63,261 bases of DNA from assembly GCA_964550425.1 (NCBI GenBank), contig CAZJZB010000004.1, positions 1-63,261 of the forward strand. Reading direction: 5' to 3'. A program made the translations under genes and the position numbers. The notes under the pieces are model-generated. The model was not told the DNA's origin. It did no database searches and worked only from the letters and a program-made list of their open reading frames with translations. Origin of the DNA: an uncultured Candidatus Saccharibacteria bacterium. Lineage in GTDB: Bacteria; Patescibacteriota; Minisyncoccia; Phycocordibacterales; Phycocordibacteraceae. Each line of letters begins with the position of its first letter. Position 1 is the stretch's first letter. This document shows positions 17,354 to 26,519 of this stretch, one piece after another.

Positions 17354-17383
17354 GGGCGCATCACTCGTGAGAATGATGCGCCC
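17354..17383 (+). terminator. hairpin downstream of the peroxiredoxin gene
   Basis: gggcgcatca / tgatgcgccc forms a 10-bp stem with a 10-nt loop. The following T-tract is weak. Confidence 0.45.
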
Positions 17384-17515
17384 GTGGTTGTTCCTTGGAA
17401 CGAGGGGAGCGGTTCTTGTTCTGTCCACTCCTCCTGCTATGGAGGGAGGTACAATTACCCGTTTAGGAGTCCTCTCAACGAGAACTCACCCCATCGTCCT
17501 TTCGGAACTTGCAGA

Positions 17516-17728
17516 CTAGCTCCGCTTTTTGGGCTTTGCGAATGCTTCCTCGACCAACTCGCGAATGATGTCTTCCGTGAACTCCATGGCTTCCTCGATG
17601 GAAATATCGATGGCCTTGGCGGTGTTACCGACCTCTCGCCGAAGATCCGGCGTGATGCGGATACCTTTCTCGCGGAGATTGTTCTTGAGATAGGCGAAAG
17701 CGATCTGCCCTTTGCGAATATCGTCCAT
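17516..17728 (-). CDS. small hypothetical protein (70 aa)
   Basis: The ATG at 17728 is preceded by a strong RBS (caggaggttcgttATG). The longer ORF start at 17791 has no RBS. Confidence 0.5.
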   Translation of the reverse strand: MDDIRKGQIAFAYLKNNLREKGIRITPDLRREVGNTAKAIDISIEEAMEFTEDIIRELVEEAFAKPKKRS

Positions 17729-17872
17729 AACGAACCTCCTGTGAATGTACTGTTGCCACGAACCCTTCGTAGCCAGGATTCCCAAGTTCATCTTAGGAAC
17801 ACCTTATTTTTAGCAGAAAATGTCTTCTTGTCAAGTTTTTGGCGTCAGGGAGACTCGGTTACGAATTGCGGG

Positions 17873-18445
17873 CTATGCTTTATAGAGCCGTAATGCGCTA
17901 AGAAACTTTTTAGCATCTCGCGAGAGGCGGACAGTGTACTTAAAGTTTTTGCCGTTCAGTATCTTTGAGAAATTCGGCTTGAACCCAAGGTTCTCCATCA
18001 TTCTACGCACATCAAGCGCTAGGATTTCGATATTGTTGGTAAAATTTACCATCCGATAGCCACGATCGCTGTAAATGCATCCATCGGTTTGAATGAGTCC
18101 CCGCAGACATGCCCCTGAGAATTTTTTATCCGCGAGAATCCAATGCGGAACGTGTGCCTGTTGTTTGATTTTCGAACCCTTGCCAGCTTCCCACAGCATC
18201 CATTCTTTTAGCTTGTTTGAGTATACGCTTATATCGAAACAACGACCTTGCCGCTTTACAATCGAGATCTTGTTGCGTGGGAGCAATATCCGAATTGTTT
18301 GCAGAATCTCATCTGCGATTTTCGGATAACCTGAGAAACAGCTGATTCGAAGTCGAATGGCTCGACCATTCGGATTTGAGAGATTACCGTCCCCGAGGGC
18401 TACGCCGATAAGGTACGCAAGCTTTTCTTTCTCGGCTTGATTCAT
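17873..18445 (-). CDS. LAGLIDADG homing endonuclease (two-motif, single-chain type)
   Basis: Motifs LAYLIGVALGDGNL and CLRGLIQTDGCI. The ATG at 18445 lies 3 nt beyond the 3' end of tRNA-Leu(CAA). The upstream part of the 18556 ORF is a translation of that tRNA. Confidence 0.8.
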   Translation of the reverse strand: MNQAEKEKLAYLIGVALGDGNLSNPNGRAIRLRISCFSGYPKIADEILQTIRILLPRNKISIVKRQGRCFDISVYSNKLKEWMLWEAGKGSKIKQQAHVPHWILADKKFSGACLRGLIQTDGCIYSDRGYRMVNFTNNIEILALDVRRMMENLGFKPNFSKILNGKNFKYTVRLSRDAKKFLSALRLYKA

Positions 18446-18448
18446 GAG

Positions 18449-18531
18449 TGGGCGAGGAGGGAATCGAACCCTCACCCCTTGCGGGACACGGTTTTGAGTC
18501 GTGCGCGTATAACCAATTCCGCCACTCGCCC
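18449..18531 (-). tRNA. tRNA-Leu (anticodon CAA), type II
   Basis: Acceptor GGGCGAG/CTCGCCC, anticodon loop CTCAAAA (the stem has one A-C mismatch), long variable arm, T-loop TTCGATT. Confidence 0.75.
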
Positions 18532-18586
18532 ATCCGTGCACAGTACCATTTCGCAATCATATTTTCATCATGTTAGAATTGCGTTA

Positions 18587-19594
18587 ATGAATGATGATGC
18601 GCACTATGTTCCGACCAAGTACGATTCGGTCTTTTGGATTGAGGTTAGTCGGATACAGCCGAACCCATATCAGCCGCGGCGGGACTTCAATGAGGAAGGC
18701 CTCAAGTCGCTCGCGGAGAGTATTCGCCAGTACGGCGTGCTGCAGCCGCTTGTCGTCAGCCGCACTGATGTCGAAAAGCCCGAAGGCGGTCTTGAGAGCG
18801 TCTATGAACTCATCGCCGGCGAGCGGCGTTTGCGGGCGAGCAAACTCGCCGGCCTCACTCAGATACCGGTGGTGATTCGCCATGGGGAAAACAATCTGAC
18901 CAAGCTCGAACTCGCCATTATCGAAAATCTCCAACGGGAAGACCTTAACGCAATTGATCGAGCAAAAGCGCTCAAAAAGCTTATTGAGGAATTCGGCATC
19001 TCGCACGCCGAGACCGCAGCGAAGATTGGCAAAAGCCGCGAATATGTCTCAAACTCGCTCCGCCTTCTTTCGTTGCCCGAGCATATGCAGAGCGCCATCG
19101 TGGGGAAGGAAATGAGCGAGGGTCACGCGCGACCTCTCTTGGCGCTCAACAGTCGGCCGGAGGAGCGCGAAACACTCTTCAAAGAAATTATCTTAAAGCG
19201 GCTCTCGGTCCGCGCCGCCGAATATATTGCACGATCCATCGCGCAAGAGCGTGTGCGAACCTATCATAGGAAAACGCGCGAAATGGTTGAACTCGAGAAA
19301 TCATTGACCGAAACGCTTGGCACGCGCGTTATTATTGAGAGCAATGCTGAAGGCGGCCGTCTCGTTATTGATTTCTTTTCACCAGACGATCTCTTGCATC
19401 TGGCCGCATCGCTTTCCGAGCACTCGGCTATCCGTGAACCGAACGCCCTGCTCACAGAAGCTGTTGCGGAAAAGGGCGCATATATGCCAATCTTTCCGAA
19501 TACAACACAACTCTCGAGCGACCCTGTTCCACCCGCTGCTATTGAAGAATCAAACGATAACGAATTATATTCGGTTAGCGGCTTTACCGTTTAG
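18587..19594 (+). CDS. parB: ParB/Spo0J chromosome partitioning protein
   Basis: ParB box ELIAGERRLRASKLAG and HTH ETAAKIGKSREYVSNSLRLL. The ATG at 18587 lies after the tRNA. No parA is present in the window. Confidence 0.85.
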   Translation: MNDDAHYVPTKYDSVFWIEVSRIQPNPYQPRRDFNEEGLKSLAESIRQYGVLQPLVVSRTDVEKPEGGLESVYELIAGERRLRASKLAGLTQIPVVIRHGENNLTKLELAIIENLQREDLNAIDRAKALKKLIEEFGISHAETAAKIGKSREYVSNSLRLLSLPEHMQSAIVGKEMSEGHARPLLALNSRPEERETLFKEIILKRLSVRAAEYIARSIAQERVRTYHRKTREMVELEKSLTETLGTRVIIESNAEGGRLVIDFFSPDDLLHLAASLSEHSAIREPNALLTEAVAEKGAYMPIFPNTTQLSSDPVPPAAIEESNDNELYSVSGFTV

Positions 19595-19602
19595 ATACTA
19601 CC

Positions 19603-21192
19603 TTACTTCTCTTTTCTCGAGTGTCGCCGCTTTCGCTCTGACGCTTTTGTCGGATCGCTCATGCCGAGTGTTGCGCGGATGTGACGTCTGGCGAGCGCAG
19701 TCCGTGCAATCTCGAGCCATTTGACCGATGGGTGCGCAGCATCGCGCCGCACTATCTCAACGACCTCGCCATTACCAAGTACGGTATCAAAAGAGACAAG
19801 TTTTCCGTTGACCTTTGCCCCTTGAAGATGATCTCCAAGGTCGCTATGTATCGCGTAGGCAAAATCAATCGGCGTTGATTCCGCCGGCAAGTCAATAACG
19901 TCACCTTTGGGGGTAAACACAAACACTCGATGCGAAAAGAAATCTTCTCTAAGTCCGGCAACAAATTCTTTAGAGCCGGCGACTTCCGTATGCGCCTCGG
20001 CAAGCTCGGCAAGCCATGGAGGCACTTTGGCTACACTTTTCACTCCCTCCTCCTTTTTCGAAACCTTCATGAGCGATGGGATGAGCGAGCGGACCCACGA
20101 GAAAGAAAGCGATGAAAATCTGCTTTTTTGAACCTCCTTACCGAAATTTTCAATCCCTTTCCCCAGTTGCTTATATGACATATGCGACGCGATGCCGAAT
20201 TGTGCGCGACGATGCATTTCTTCTGTGCGAATTTGAATTTCGACGATGCCCGCCTCCGGCGTTACGACCGTCGTATGGAGCGATTGATACCCATTCGGCT
20301 TGGGGAAGGCGATATAGTCCTTGAATTCTCCCGGCAGCGGCTTATAGAGCGCATGTACCATGCCGAGTGTCGCGTAACAATCTTCGATAGTCGGTACGAT
20401 GAGGCGCAGTGCGGCAATGTCATGAATGAGGTTGATATCATCACGCTTTCTTTTGAGCTTCTGGTGCATGCTCCACAACCCTTTCATGCGAATATCGGTG
20501 CGAAACATCGTCAGGCCTTTTTTTGCGAGTTCATTCTCGAGTTCTTTTTGTACTTTGGCGAGCCCGTCTTCGGTCTCTTCCGTCTTCAATTTGCGCACTT
20601 CGGCGGTATGGTGCGCGGCATCAGAATCGACAAAGGGAAATGCGAGATCTTCGAGATCGCGTTTCAAGGTGCCCATTCCGAGACGGTCGGCGATAGGGGC
20701 GTAAATCTCCAGCGTCTCGAGCGCGATACGGCTGCGTTTATGCTCCGGCACATGCTTTAAGGTCTGCATGTTGTGGTAGCGGTCAGCGAGCTTCACGATG
20801 AGCACGCGTATGTCGCTTGCCGTTGCGACGAGAAGTCGTCGAAGCGATTCTGCATGGCGCTCGGCACCGCGATATTTATGTTTGCCAAGCTTCGTCACGC
20901 CATCAACGATGAAAAGTAATTCGTTCCCGAATTCTTTTTCAATCTCTTCGCGCGAGACACGCGCGTCTTCGACGGCATCATGCAAGAGACCGGCGGCAAT
21001 CGTGGTCGCATCCATGCCGTATTCAGCGAGAATTTTTGCGGTCGCCGCCGCATGGATGAAATAGGGCTCACCCGAGTAGCGGGTTTGACCCTCGTGCGCC
21101 TTCTGGGAAAACTCGTATGCCTTCTCGACAAATGCGATGTCCTCGGTCGAGGCATCCGACATTTCGCCAATAATCTCCTTAACGGGCGTCAT
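19603..21192 (-). CDS. bifunctional (p)ppGpp synthetase/hydrolase, RelA/SpoT homolog without ACT domain
   Basis: HD domain (HDAVED), synthetase motif DYIAFPKPNGYQSLHTTV, and TGS domain VFVFTPKGDVIDLP. Confidence 0.85.
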   Translation of the reverse strand: MTPVKEIIGEMSDASTEDIAFVEKAYEFSQKAHEGQTRYSGEPYFIHAAATAKILAEYGMDATTIAAGLLHDAVEDARVSREEIEKEFGNELLFIVDGVTKLGKHKYRGAERHAESLRRLLVATASDIRVLIVKLADRYHNMQTLKHVPEHKRSRIALETLEIYAPIADRLGMGTLKRDLEDLAFPFVDSDAAHHTAEVRKLKTEETEDGLAKVQKELENELAKKGLTMFRTDIRMKGLWSMHQKLKRKRDDINLIHDIAALRLIVPTIEDCYATLGMVHALYKPLPGEFKDYIAFPKPNGYQSLHTTVVTPEAGIVEIQIRTEEMHRRAQFGIASHMSYKQLGKGIENFGKEVQKSRFSSLSFSWVRSLIPSLMKVSKKEEGVKSVAKVPPWLAELAEAHTEVAGSKEFVAGLREDFFSHRVFVFTPKGDVIDLPAESTPIDFAYAIHSDLGDHLQGAKVNGKLVSFDTVLGNGEVVEIVRRDAAHPSVKWLEIARTALARRHIRATLGMSDPTKASERKRRHSRKEK

Positions 21193-21257
21193 GCACGATA
21201 TTATACACCTGCTGCTTTGTTTTTGTATTTAGCGTTTCGAAATTTGTCGATACTCAC

Positions 21258-21297
21258 ATATTCTTATTATTGCCGACCGGATGTAGATAAGAATGTT
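21258..21297 (-). repeat. ATTCTTAT / CGGTCGG / ATAAGAAT palindromic element, copy C (core inverted)
   Basis: Arms atattcttat (21258-21267) and ataagaatgtt (21287-21297). The core ccgaccg (21273-21279) is the reverse complement of cggtcgg. Confidence 0.6.
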
Positions 21298-21310
21298 GTC
21301 ATTGAAAAAT

Positions 21311-21339
21311 TTGACAGAATTTAAACGTCGTGATATATA
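21311..21339 (+). promoter_or_regulatory. sigma70-like promoter upstream of the pilin-like gene
   Basis: TTGACA (21311-21316), a 17-nt spacer, then TATATA (21334-21339), about 60 nt upstream of the ATG at 21399, which has the RBS aaggaaggag. Confidence 0.5.
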
Positions 21340-21398
21340 AAAATCAGAACGATCTGCCTAATTTCACCCCCTGATTCTAACTAAGGAAGGAGATACTA

Positions 21399-21707
21399 AT
21401 GTTGAATGATCGTGGCTTTACATTGGTTGAGCTGGTAACGGTAATCATTCTTGTTTTCTTCGTAGTTTTTGGTGTCATCGGGGCATTCCTCATGGGGAAC
21501 CAATGGTTCACGGAGGAGGGGATTCTACGAAAGATACGGCTGAATCACCCCGATATTAGTCGGGCTATAGAGGTTCTAGATTCAGAGCGGAATTTTTTTG
21601 CCCCCTCAGTTATTACTGTGGAGGAGAATGGCGGTCAGCGGAAAAAGTTCTGTTTTGACTCGAACATCTTCTTCAGCTACACGGAAACCAAATGCAACGA
21701 TGAGTAA
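21399..21707 (+). CDS. type IV pilin / pseudopilin-like protein with prepilin N-terminal methylation motif
   Basis: N-terminus MLNDRGFTLVELVTVIILVFF, which is the G|FTLVE prepilin peptidase site plus a hydrophobic helix. Confidence 0.75.
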   Translation: MLNDRGFTLVELVTVIILVFFVVFGVIGAFLMGNQWFTEEGILRKIRLNHPDISRAIEVLDSERNFFAPSVITVEENGGQRKKFCFDSNIFFSYTETKCNDE

Positions 21708-21775
21708 GTGATAATCAACAAAAAAGAGGGCATCCTATGAATTCGAGAGCCGTATGATACGTTCAGCGGCTCTCT

Positions 21776-24202
21776 CTATTTCAGATATTCGGCCGCTTCG
21801 GTAGGGGAGAATGAATCCGCTTTTATTGTCTCGGGCAGATAAATACGGCGCAGGCCTTTTTTCAGGAACAGCCCCTGTTTTGATTTATAGAGTACGAGAT
21901 TCTTTCCGGTGCGTGGATGCTTGCCGATTTCTTTTACGATCTCGACACCCTTTGGTGGAAGTTTCGGCTTAGCGAGGAGTGCTAGAGCATCATCAAGCGT
22001 GATGGTATAGGGATCGCCCACAGTCGCTTTGAGAGAACGGAACTCGCCATCGCTGCCCACGTACGGCCCAAAACGTCCGGTCGAGGCAAATACGGGTTTA
22101 TCAGTTGAAGGATGCATCCCCAGCTCGCGTGGTAGTGAGAGATATTTGAGCGCATCGGCAAGAGTGATTTGGGCGAGGTCGGTCCCGGCCGGGATACTTG
22201 CGCGTTTTGCAACTTTTTTCGGGCGACCCTTACCGCGTTTCTTTTTTTCTTTCTTCTTTTCTGTATTTTCACTGCCTACTGCTTCCTGATTACTACCTTC
22301 TTCCTCTAACGCCATTTCCACATACGGTCCGAAACGTCCGGTCTTTATATAAATCGGTGCGCCTGTCTTTGGATCGTGCCCGATAGGCACATCGCTCTTA
22401 AGTTCAGTGCCTTCCTCGGTGCGCGCGCCGAGGCAGTCAGGATATTTTTTGCAACTCATGAAGACGCCGCCGCGACCAAGCTTGAACTCCATCGGACTCC
22501 CGCAGAGCGGGCAGGGGAATTCCGCTTGAGCATCGCCAAGGGAAGTCGCTTTTGGAAGTTTATCTTTCGCGCGTACGGCCTTCTCAAACGGACCGTAAAA
22601 TTCGACAAGCGTTTCAGTATAGCCGCGTTCGCCTCGCGCTATTTCGTCTAATTCATCCTCCATCTCTGCAGTGAAGGTATCGCTCACATACTTCGGGAAA
22701 TGTTCTTCAAGCCAACCCGAGACAACCATACCGGTCGCTGTCGGCTTCAAGGCGCGCCCGAGTTTCTCCACATAGCCGCGATCCTGGATGGTTTTCATGA
22801 TAGAAGCATACGTTGAAGGGCGGCCGATACCGCGCTTCTCAAGCTCCTTGATGAGACCCGCCTCGGTGTAGCGGTTCGGCGGCTCGGTCTGCTTCTCTTG
22901 CGAGGAGAGTGAAAGAAGCGTGAGCGGATCGCCCGCGACAATCCTCGGCAGCTCCACATCTTCTCCGCGCGCCATTGTGTCGAGCGCAAGCCAGCCGGGG
23001 AAGAGTGTACGGGAACCGTTTGCGGTGAAGAGAGGGATCTGTGCATTCGCTTTTGTCGCAACGTTTGTGCGCATGATGCGCGCGGCAGACATCTGCGAAG
23101 CGAGAGCTCGCGTTCGGATGAGTTCGTACAACTCTACTTCCTCAGGCGTTGAGCCGGCGTGCGTATGAGACGGATCGGTGGGGCGGACGGCTTCGTGTGC
23201 TTCTTGAGCATTCTTGCTGGTCGTTTTGTATGCGCGCACTTGGAGATATTCTTTACCAAATTCTTTTTCAATGATGCTCGCCATTTTTGCGACCGCTTCA
23301 GCCCCGAGGTTTACCGAATCGGTACGCATATACGTTATATGACCCGCCTCATAGAGTTTTTGCGCCGCGCGCATCGTCTTTGACGGAGCGAAGCCGAGAC
23401 GAGTCGACGCGGTTTGTTGGAGAGTAGATGTGGTGAACGGCGGTCGGGGATTACGCTCCTCGGCTTTTTCGCTAACATCGGCGACGCTCCAGTGCGCACT
23501 CCTGCCGGCCCGCACGATCCGTTCAGCATCTTCTTTTGTGGACGGCTGTTCGGTGCAGGTCGTAAGTAACTCACACGTTTTTGATTTTTCGCCGGAGGCG
23601 GATCCGCCTTTGGCGGAGAAAAGTGCTGAAAGCACAAAATACGTTACCGGTAGAAATGCTTTAATTTCCCGCTCGCGTTCTGCGATGATGCGGAGCGCCG
23701 GCGACTGCACCCTGCCTGCTGACAATCCATACCTTACTTTTTTCCAAATCAAGCCAGATAAATCATAACCAACTATTCGATCAAGAACCCGGCGGGCTTC
23801 TTGCGCGCGGCGCAAATGCTCGTCTATCACTCGAGGATGCGCGAGCGCCTCTTTAATGGCGGCTTTGGTAATCTCATGGAAAACGACACGTTTCGGCTTT
23901 TCTAGATTGGCGACTTCTTTAATGTGCCACGCTATCGCTTCGCCCTCGCGGTCGGGGTCGGTTGCAAGATAGATCTCATCGGCCTTTGCCGCAGCATGCT
24001 GTATTTTCTCTATCACTTCCCGTTTCTCGGCGGGGATGACGTAACGGGGGATGAAGCCACCCTCAATATCGACAGCGTCTTTGTTACTCTTCGGCAAGTC
24101 GCGCACGTGCCCGACCGAAGCGAGGACGGTGTAGTCCTTGCCGAGGTAGTGCCCAATAGTTCTCGCTTTGGTGGGCGATTCGACGATAAGCAGTTTTTTC
24201 AT
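21776..24202 (-). CDS. topA: DNA topoisomerase I
   Basis: TOPRIM N-terminus MKKLLIVESPTKARTI...HVRDLP, a type IA core, C-terminal Zn-ribbon Cys pairs, and a Lys-rich insert. Confidence 0.9.
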   Translation of the reverse strand: MKKLLIVESPTKARTIGHYLGKDYTVLASVGHVRDLPKSNKDAVDIEGGFIPRYVIPAEKREVIEKIQHAAAKADEIYLATDPDREGEAIAWHIKEVANLEKPKRVVFHEITKAAIKEALAHPRVIDEHLRRAQEARRVLDRIVGYDLSGLIWKKVRYGLSAGRVQSPALRIIAEREREIKAFLPVTYFVLSALFSAKGGSASGEKSKTCELLTTCTEQPSTKEDAERIVRAGRSAHWSVADVSEKAEERNPRPPFTTSTLQQTASTRLGFAPSKTMRAAQKLYEAGHITYMRTDSVNLGAEAVAKMASIIEKEFGKEYLQVRAYKTTSKNAQEAHEAVRPTDPSHTHAGSTPEEVELYELIRTRALASQMSAARIMRTNVATKANAQIPLFTANGSRTLFPGWLALDTMARGEDVELPRIVAGDPLTLLSLSSQEKQTEPPNRYTEAGLIKELEKRGIGRPSTYASIMKTIQDRGYVEKLGRALKPTATGMVVSGWLEEHFPKYVSDTFTAEMEDELDEIARGERGYTETLVEFYGPFEKAVRAKDKLPKATSLGDAQAEFPCPLCGSPMEFKLGRGGVFMSCKKYPDCLGARTEEGTELKSDVPIGHDPKTGAPIYIKTGRFGPYVEMALEEEGSNQEAVGSENTEKKKEKKKRGKGRPKKVAKRASIPAGTDLAQITLADALKYLSLPRELGMHPSTDKPVFASTGRFGPYVGSDGEFRSLKATVGDPYTITLDDALALLAKPKLPPKGVEIVKEIGKHPRTGKNLVLYKSKQGLFLKKGLRRIYLPETIKADSFSPTEAAEYLK

Positions 24203-24343
24203 TTGCGTTTGGTCACTCGTTCACTCATAGCGCGTCTACCTATATATGGTCAAGTGCTTGCGCTCAAAAATCAATCAAAAAAGAATCCTCACGCGGTAGT
24301 CCGGTGACACCGCGCAAGGATTCGTTCATTTGCGTTTCCATTC

Positions 24344-24697
24344 TCATTTCGAAAAGAGATTTTCCCGCGCGCTCGGTTTTACGCGCACGATAAATCCGTA
24401 CCCGGCCTCCGTTTCGAAAAATCGAACCGGAAAAGAAAATCCGCCCGCGCTCTCTTCCCGAACACCGAACCCATGAAGCACCACTTCATGATACGTTGCA
24501 TGAAGCGATTTTTGGAAACGGCATTCGTAAAAGATTACGAACCAGCCGTTTGCTGTCGTGTCCCACCCGACTTCATTTACGGATGAGAAATGCATAAGTT
24601 CTCCGGAAATGGGTTCAGACCTTGTCGGAAAAGGGTTTCCGATGATGGCACCTATAAACAAAACAAGCGCGATCGCAGCGAGCGACAATCGTTTCAT
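24344..24697 (-). CDS. hypothetical exported protein
   Basis: N-terminal signal or anchor MKRLSLAAIALVLFIGAIIG. I recognise no family. A long imperfect hairpin at 24290-24331 follows. Confidence 0.45.
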   Translation of the reverse strand: MKRLSLAAIALVLFIGAIIGNPFPTRSEPISGELMHFSSVNEVGWDTTANGWFVIFYECRFQKSLHATYHEVVLHGFGVREESAGGFSFPVRFFETEAGYGFIVRVKPSARENLFSK

Positions 24698-24809
24698 CTC
24701 ACACCTCCTTTTTATGCATTGGCCACTCGTTGTCCCGCCCTATGCGAGAATTCGGGGCGGTGAAAGAACAGAGGAACTTATGGAGTGATAAACTTTCCGG
24801 TCGTAAAAG

Positions 24810-25613
24810 TCAATAGTGCGGGATCGTGGCAGGGCTATGTAATGAGAGAGTAACCAGTATTGGGTGATGGTCGGAGCCGATACGATCGGGCAAGACAGAA
24901 GCATCTTTAATCGATAATGAGTGCGAAACGAGGATATGATCAAGCTGTGAGCGCGAGAGCGGATGAGTGTCTTTGCCGCGGAGCGGATTGCTGAGTTCGT
25001 GGGAAATGAAACGTTTTTCAATATGAGTTCGTTCACGCGTCCAGAAAAGCGTATCATTAAAGCGCCCGCCGAGAAGCCAGTTTAAAATAGTAATTTTTGG
25101 TGACTCGAGAATGTTGAAATCGCCGCAGACAATGGTCGGCCGCGTAGTATCGCGCTCGGCCATCGCCATCTCAAATTCCTCCAGACGCCACTTGGGCTGC
25201 GCGAGGATCAGATGGAGATTGAAAACGCGCAGGGCGTGTTCGCCCACCGCAACGTCCGCATAAAGGCCGCCTCGGTTGCGGATCTTTGAGAAATGGAGCG
25301 GCCGCATGAGATATATGAAGAGGTGTGTGCGTAGTGGTACGAGCTCTCCGTAGTCGGGATAGGGTATCTCGCCCTGGGTTTTAATAGGATGCTTTGATAG
25401 GATGACGACAAAGAGATGTTTGGTGCCTTTTGCGAAGAGCCGCTCCACATCGGTGCGGAAAACGATAAAATAGGGGAGCGTCTGCAATCGTTTGAGAAAT
25501 ACTTCGGGCACTTCCTGCAGGCAGAAAATATCGAAATCGCTTTTTGAAATGAACTCAAATGCGCGATCGAGTTCCTTATTACGAAACAGCATGTTCCAGG
25601 AATAAATTTTCAT
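24810..25613 (-). CDS. endonuclease/exonuclease/phosphatase (EEP) family protein
   Basis: Motifs MKIYSWNM, FCLQEV, GDFN and SDHHPI. The ATG at 25613 lies 1 nt after the dprA stop. Confidence 0.7.
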   Translation of the reverse strand: MKIYSWNMLFRNKELDRAFEFISKSDFDIFCLQEVPEVFLKRLQTLPYFIVFRTDVERLFAKGTKHLFVVILSKHPIKTQGEIPYPDYGELVPLRTHLFIYLMRPLHFSKIRNRGGLYADVAVGEHALRVFNLHLILAQPKWRLEEFEMAMAERDTTRPTIVCGDFNILESPKITILNWLLGGRFNDTLFWTRERTHIEKRFISHELSNPLRGKDTHPLSRSQLDHILVSHSLSIKDASVLPDRIGSDHHPILVTLSLHSPATIPHY

Positions 25614-25614
25614 A

Positions 25615-26496
25615 TCATACTTTGCGCCAGGCGCCGAATTCTTCTTTGACAAGTCCACGAAGCTCTAGGGCGACAAGTGCGGTAAGCAGCTCGCCCGCGC
25701 CGGCTAGCTTCCCTTCGGAAGTCCCGATGCGGGAGCCGGCGCGCAGTATCTCATCTCGGGTCTTTGGTTCTGCAAGCATACTCCAAATTTCAAGCTCCAC
25801 ATCCTCAAGATCTGTCGGTGCGGTCGTCGTGGTCGTCTCGCGCGGCACAATATGCAATGCTTCAAGAATATGCAACGGTTCGCTCACGAGCGCCGCGCCC
25901 AGACGGATAAATAAGTGCGGGCCAAACGCGTGTGGATCACCGATACGGTGGGGGATGCAGAGCAGGTCGCGATTATACTCGCCCGCGAGCCGCGCAGTGA
26001 TGAGTGTGCCGGACTTCTCTCCGGCCTCAACGATGAGCACCGCATGGCTCATGCCGACCATCAGACGATTGCGCGATGGGAATTCTTTCAGCCACGGCTT
26101 GTGCAGAGGTTCCTGCTCCGACACGAGCGCTCCGCCCGCTTTCAGAATGTCTTTCGCAAGTCCCACATTGGAGCGCGGGCTGATGACGGAATCGTCGAGT
26201 CCCGAGCCGGGTATGGCGATGGTGTGGAGCCCCGCCGCAAGAGCGGCTCTGTGCGCGCATCCGTCCACGCCGAGTGCGAGACCGCTCACGATGGACACAG
26301 GATAGCCCGCAAGGCCGGTAATAAGTTTCTCACACGCTTCTTGTCCGTAGCGTGTCATCGCGCGACTGCCGACGACTGCGAGAAGTTTTGTTCCCTCTGC
26401 GGGCATAGTGCCGCGAACCCACAGCCGCTCGGGCGGCTGCGGTATCTCGAGTAGTTGCTCCGGCCACTCGCTCTTTTTCAATTCTCGTATTCCCAT
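25615..26496 (-). CDS. dprA: DNA-processing protein DprA (Smf)
   Basis: Motifs SGLALGVDGCAHRAAL, FPSRNRLMVGMS and IVEAGEKSGTLITA, plus a C-terminal winged-helix-like tail. Confidence 0.85.
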   Translation of the reverse strand: MGIRELKKSEWPEQLLEIPQPPERLWVRGTMPAEGTKLLAVVGSRAMTRYGQEACEKLITGLAGYPVSIVSGLALGVDGCAHRAALAAGLHTIAIPGSGLDDSVISPRSNVGLAKDILKAGGALVSEQEPLHKPWLKEFPSRNRLMVGMSHAVLIVEAGEKSGTLITARLAGEYNRDLLCIPHRIGDPHAFGPHLFIRLGAALVSEPLHILEALHIVPRETTTTTAPTDLEDVELEIWSMLAEPKTRDEILRAGSRIGTSEGKLAGAGELLTALVALELRGLVKEEFGAWRKV

Positions 26497-26503
26497 TCAT
26501 GCA

Positions 26504-26509
26504 GTATAA
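26504..26509 (+). promoter_or_regulatory. TATAAT -10 box 10 nt upstream of the serS ATG (short-leader or leaderless transcript)
   Basis: Sequence context is gcagTATAATgtacggcacATG. This is positional only, and no -35 element was assessed. Confidence 0.35.
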
Positions 26510-26519
26510 TGTACGGCAC

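Noticed and set aside
17385-17515. Tried to identify the spacer as SRP (4.5S) RNA or 6S RNA.
   Set aside because: I could not find the conserved helix 8 features (a GNRA tetraloop flanked by AGCA and GGA loops) on either strand. It is kept only as an unclassified candidate.
22195-22275. The Lys-rich KKKEKKKRGKGRPKK segment in topA might be a repeat-element insertion.
   Set aside because: It is a low-complexity basic linker typical of topoisomerase I C-terminal regions. I found no palindrome and no second copy.
25559-26305. A 248-aa plus-strand ORF opposite dprA.
   Set aside because: It is a Ser/Arg/Ala-rich shadow ORF. The minus-strand frame carries clear DprA motifs.
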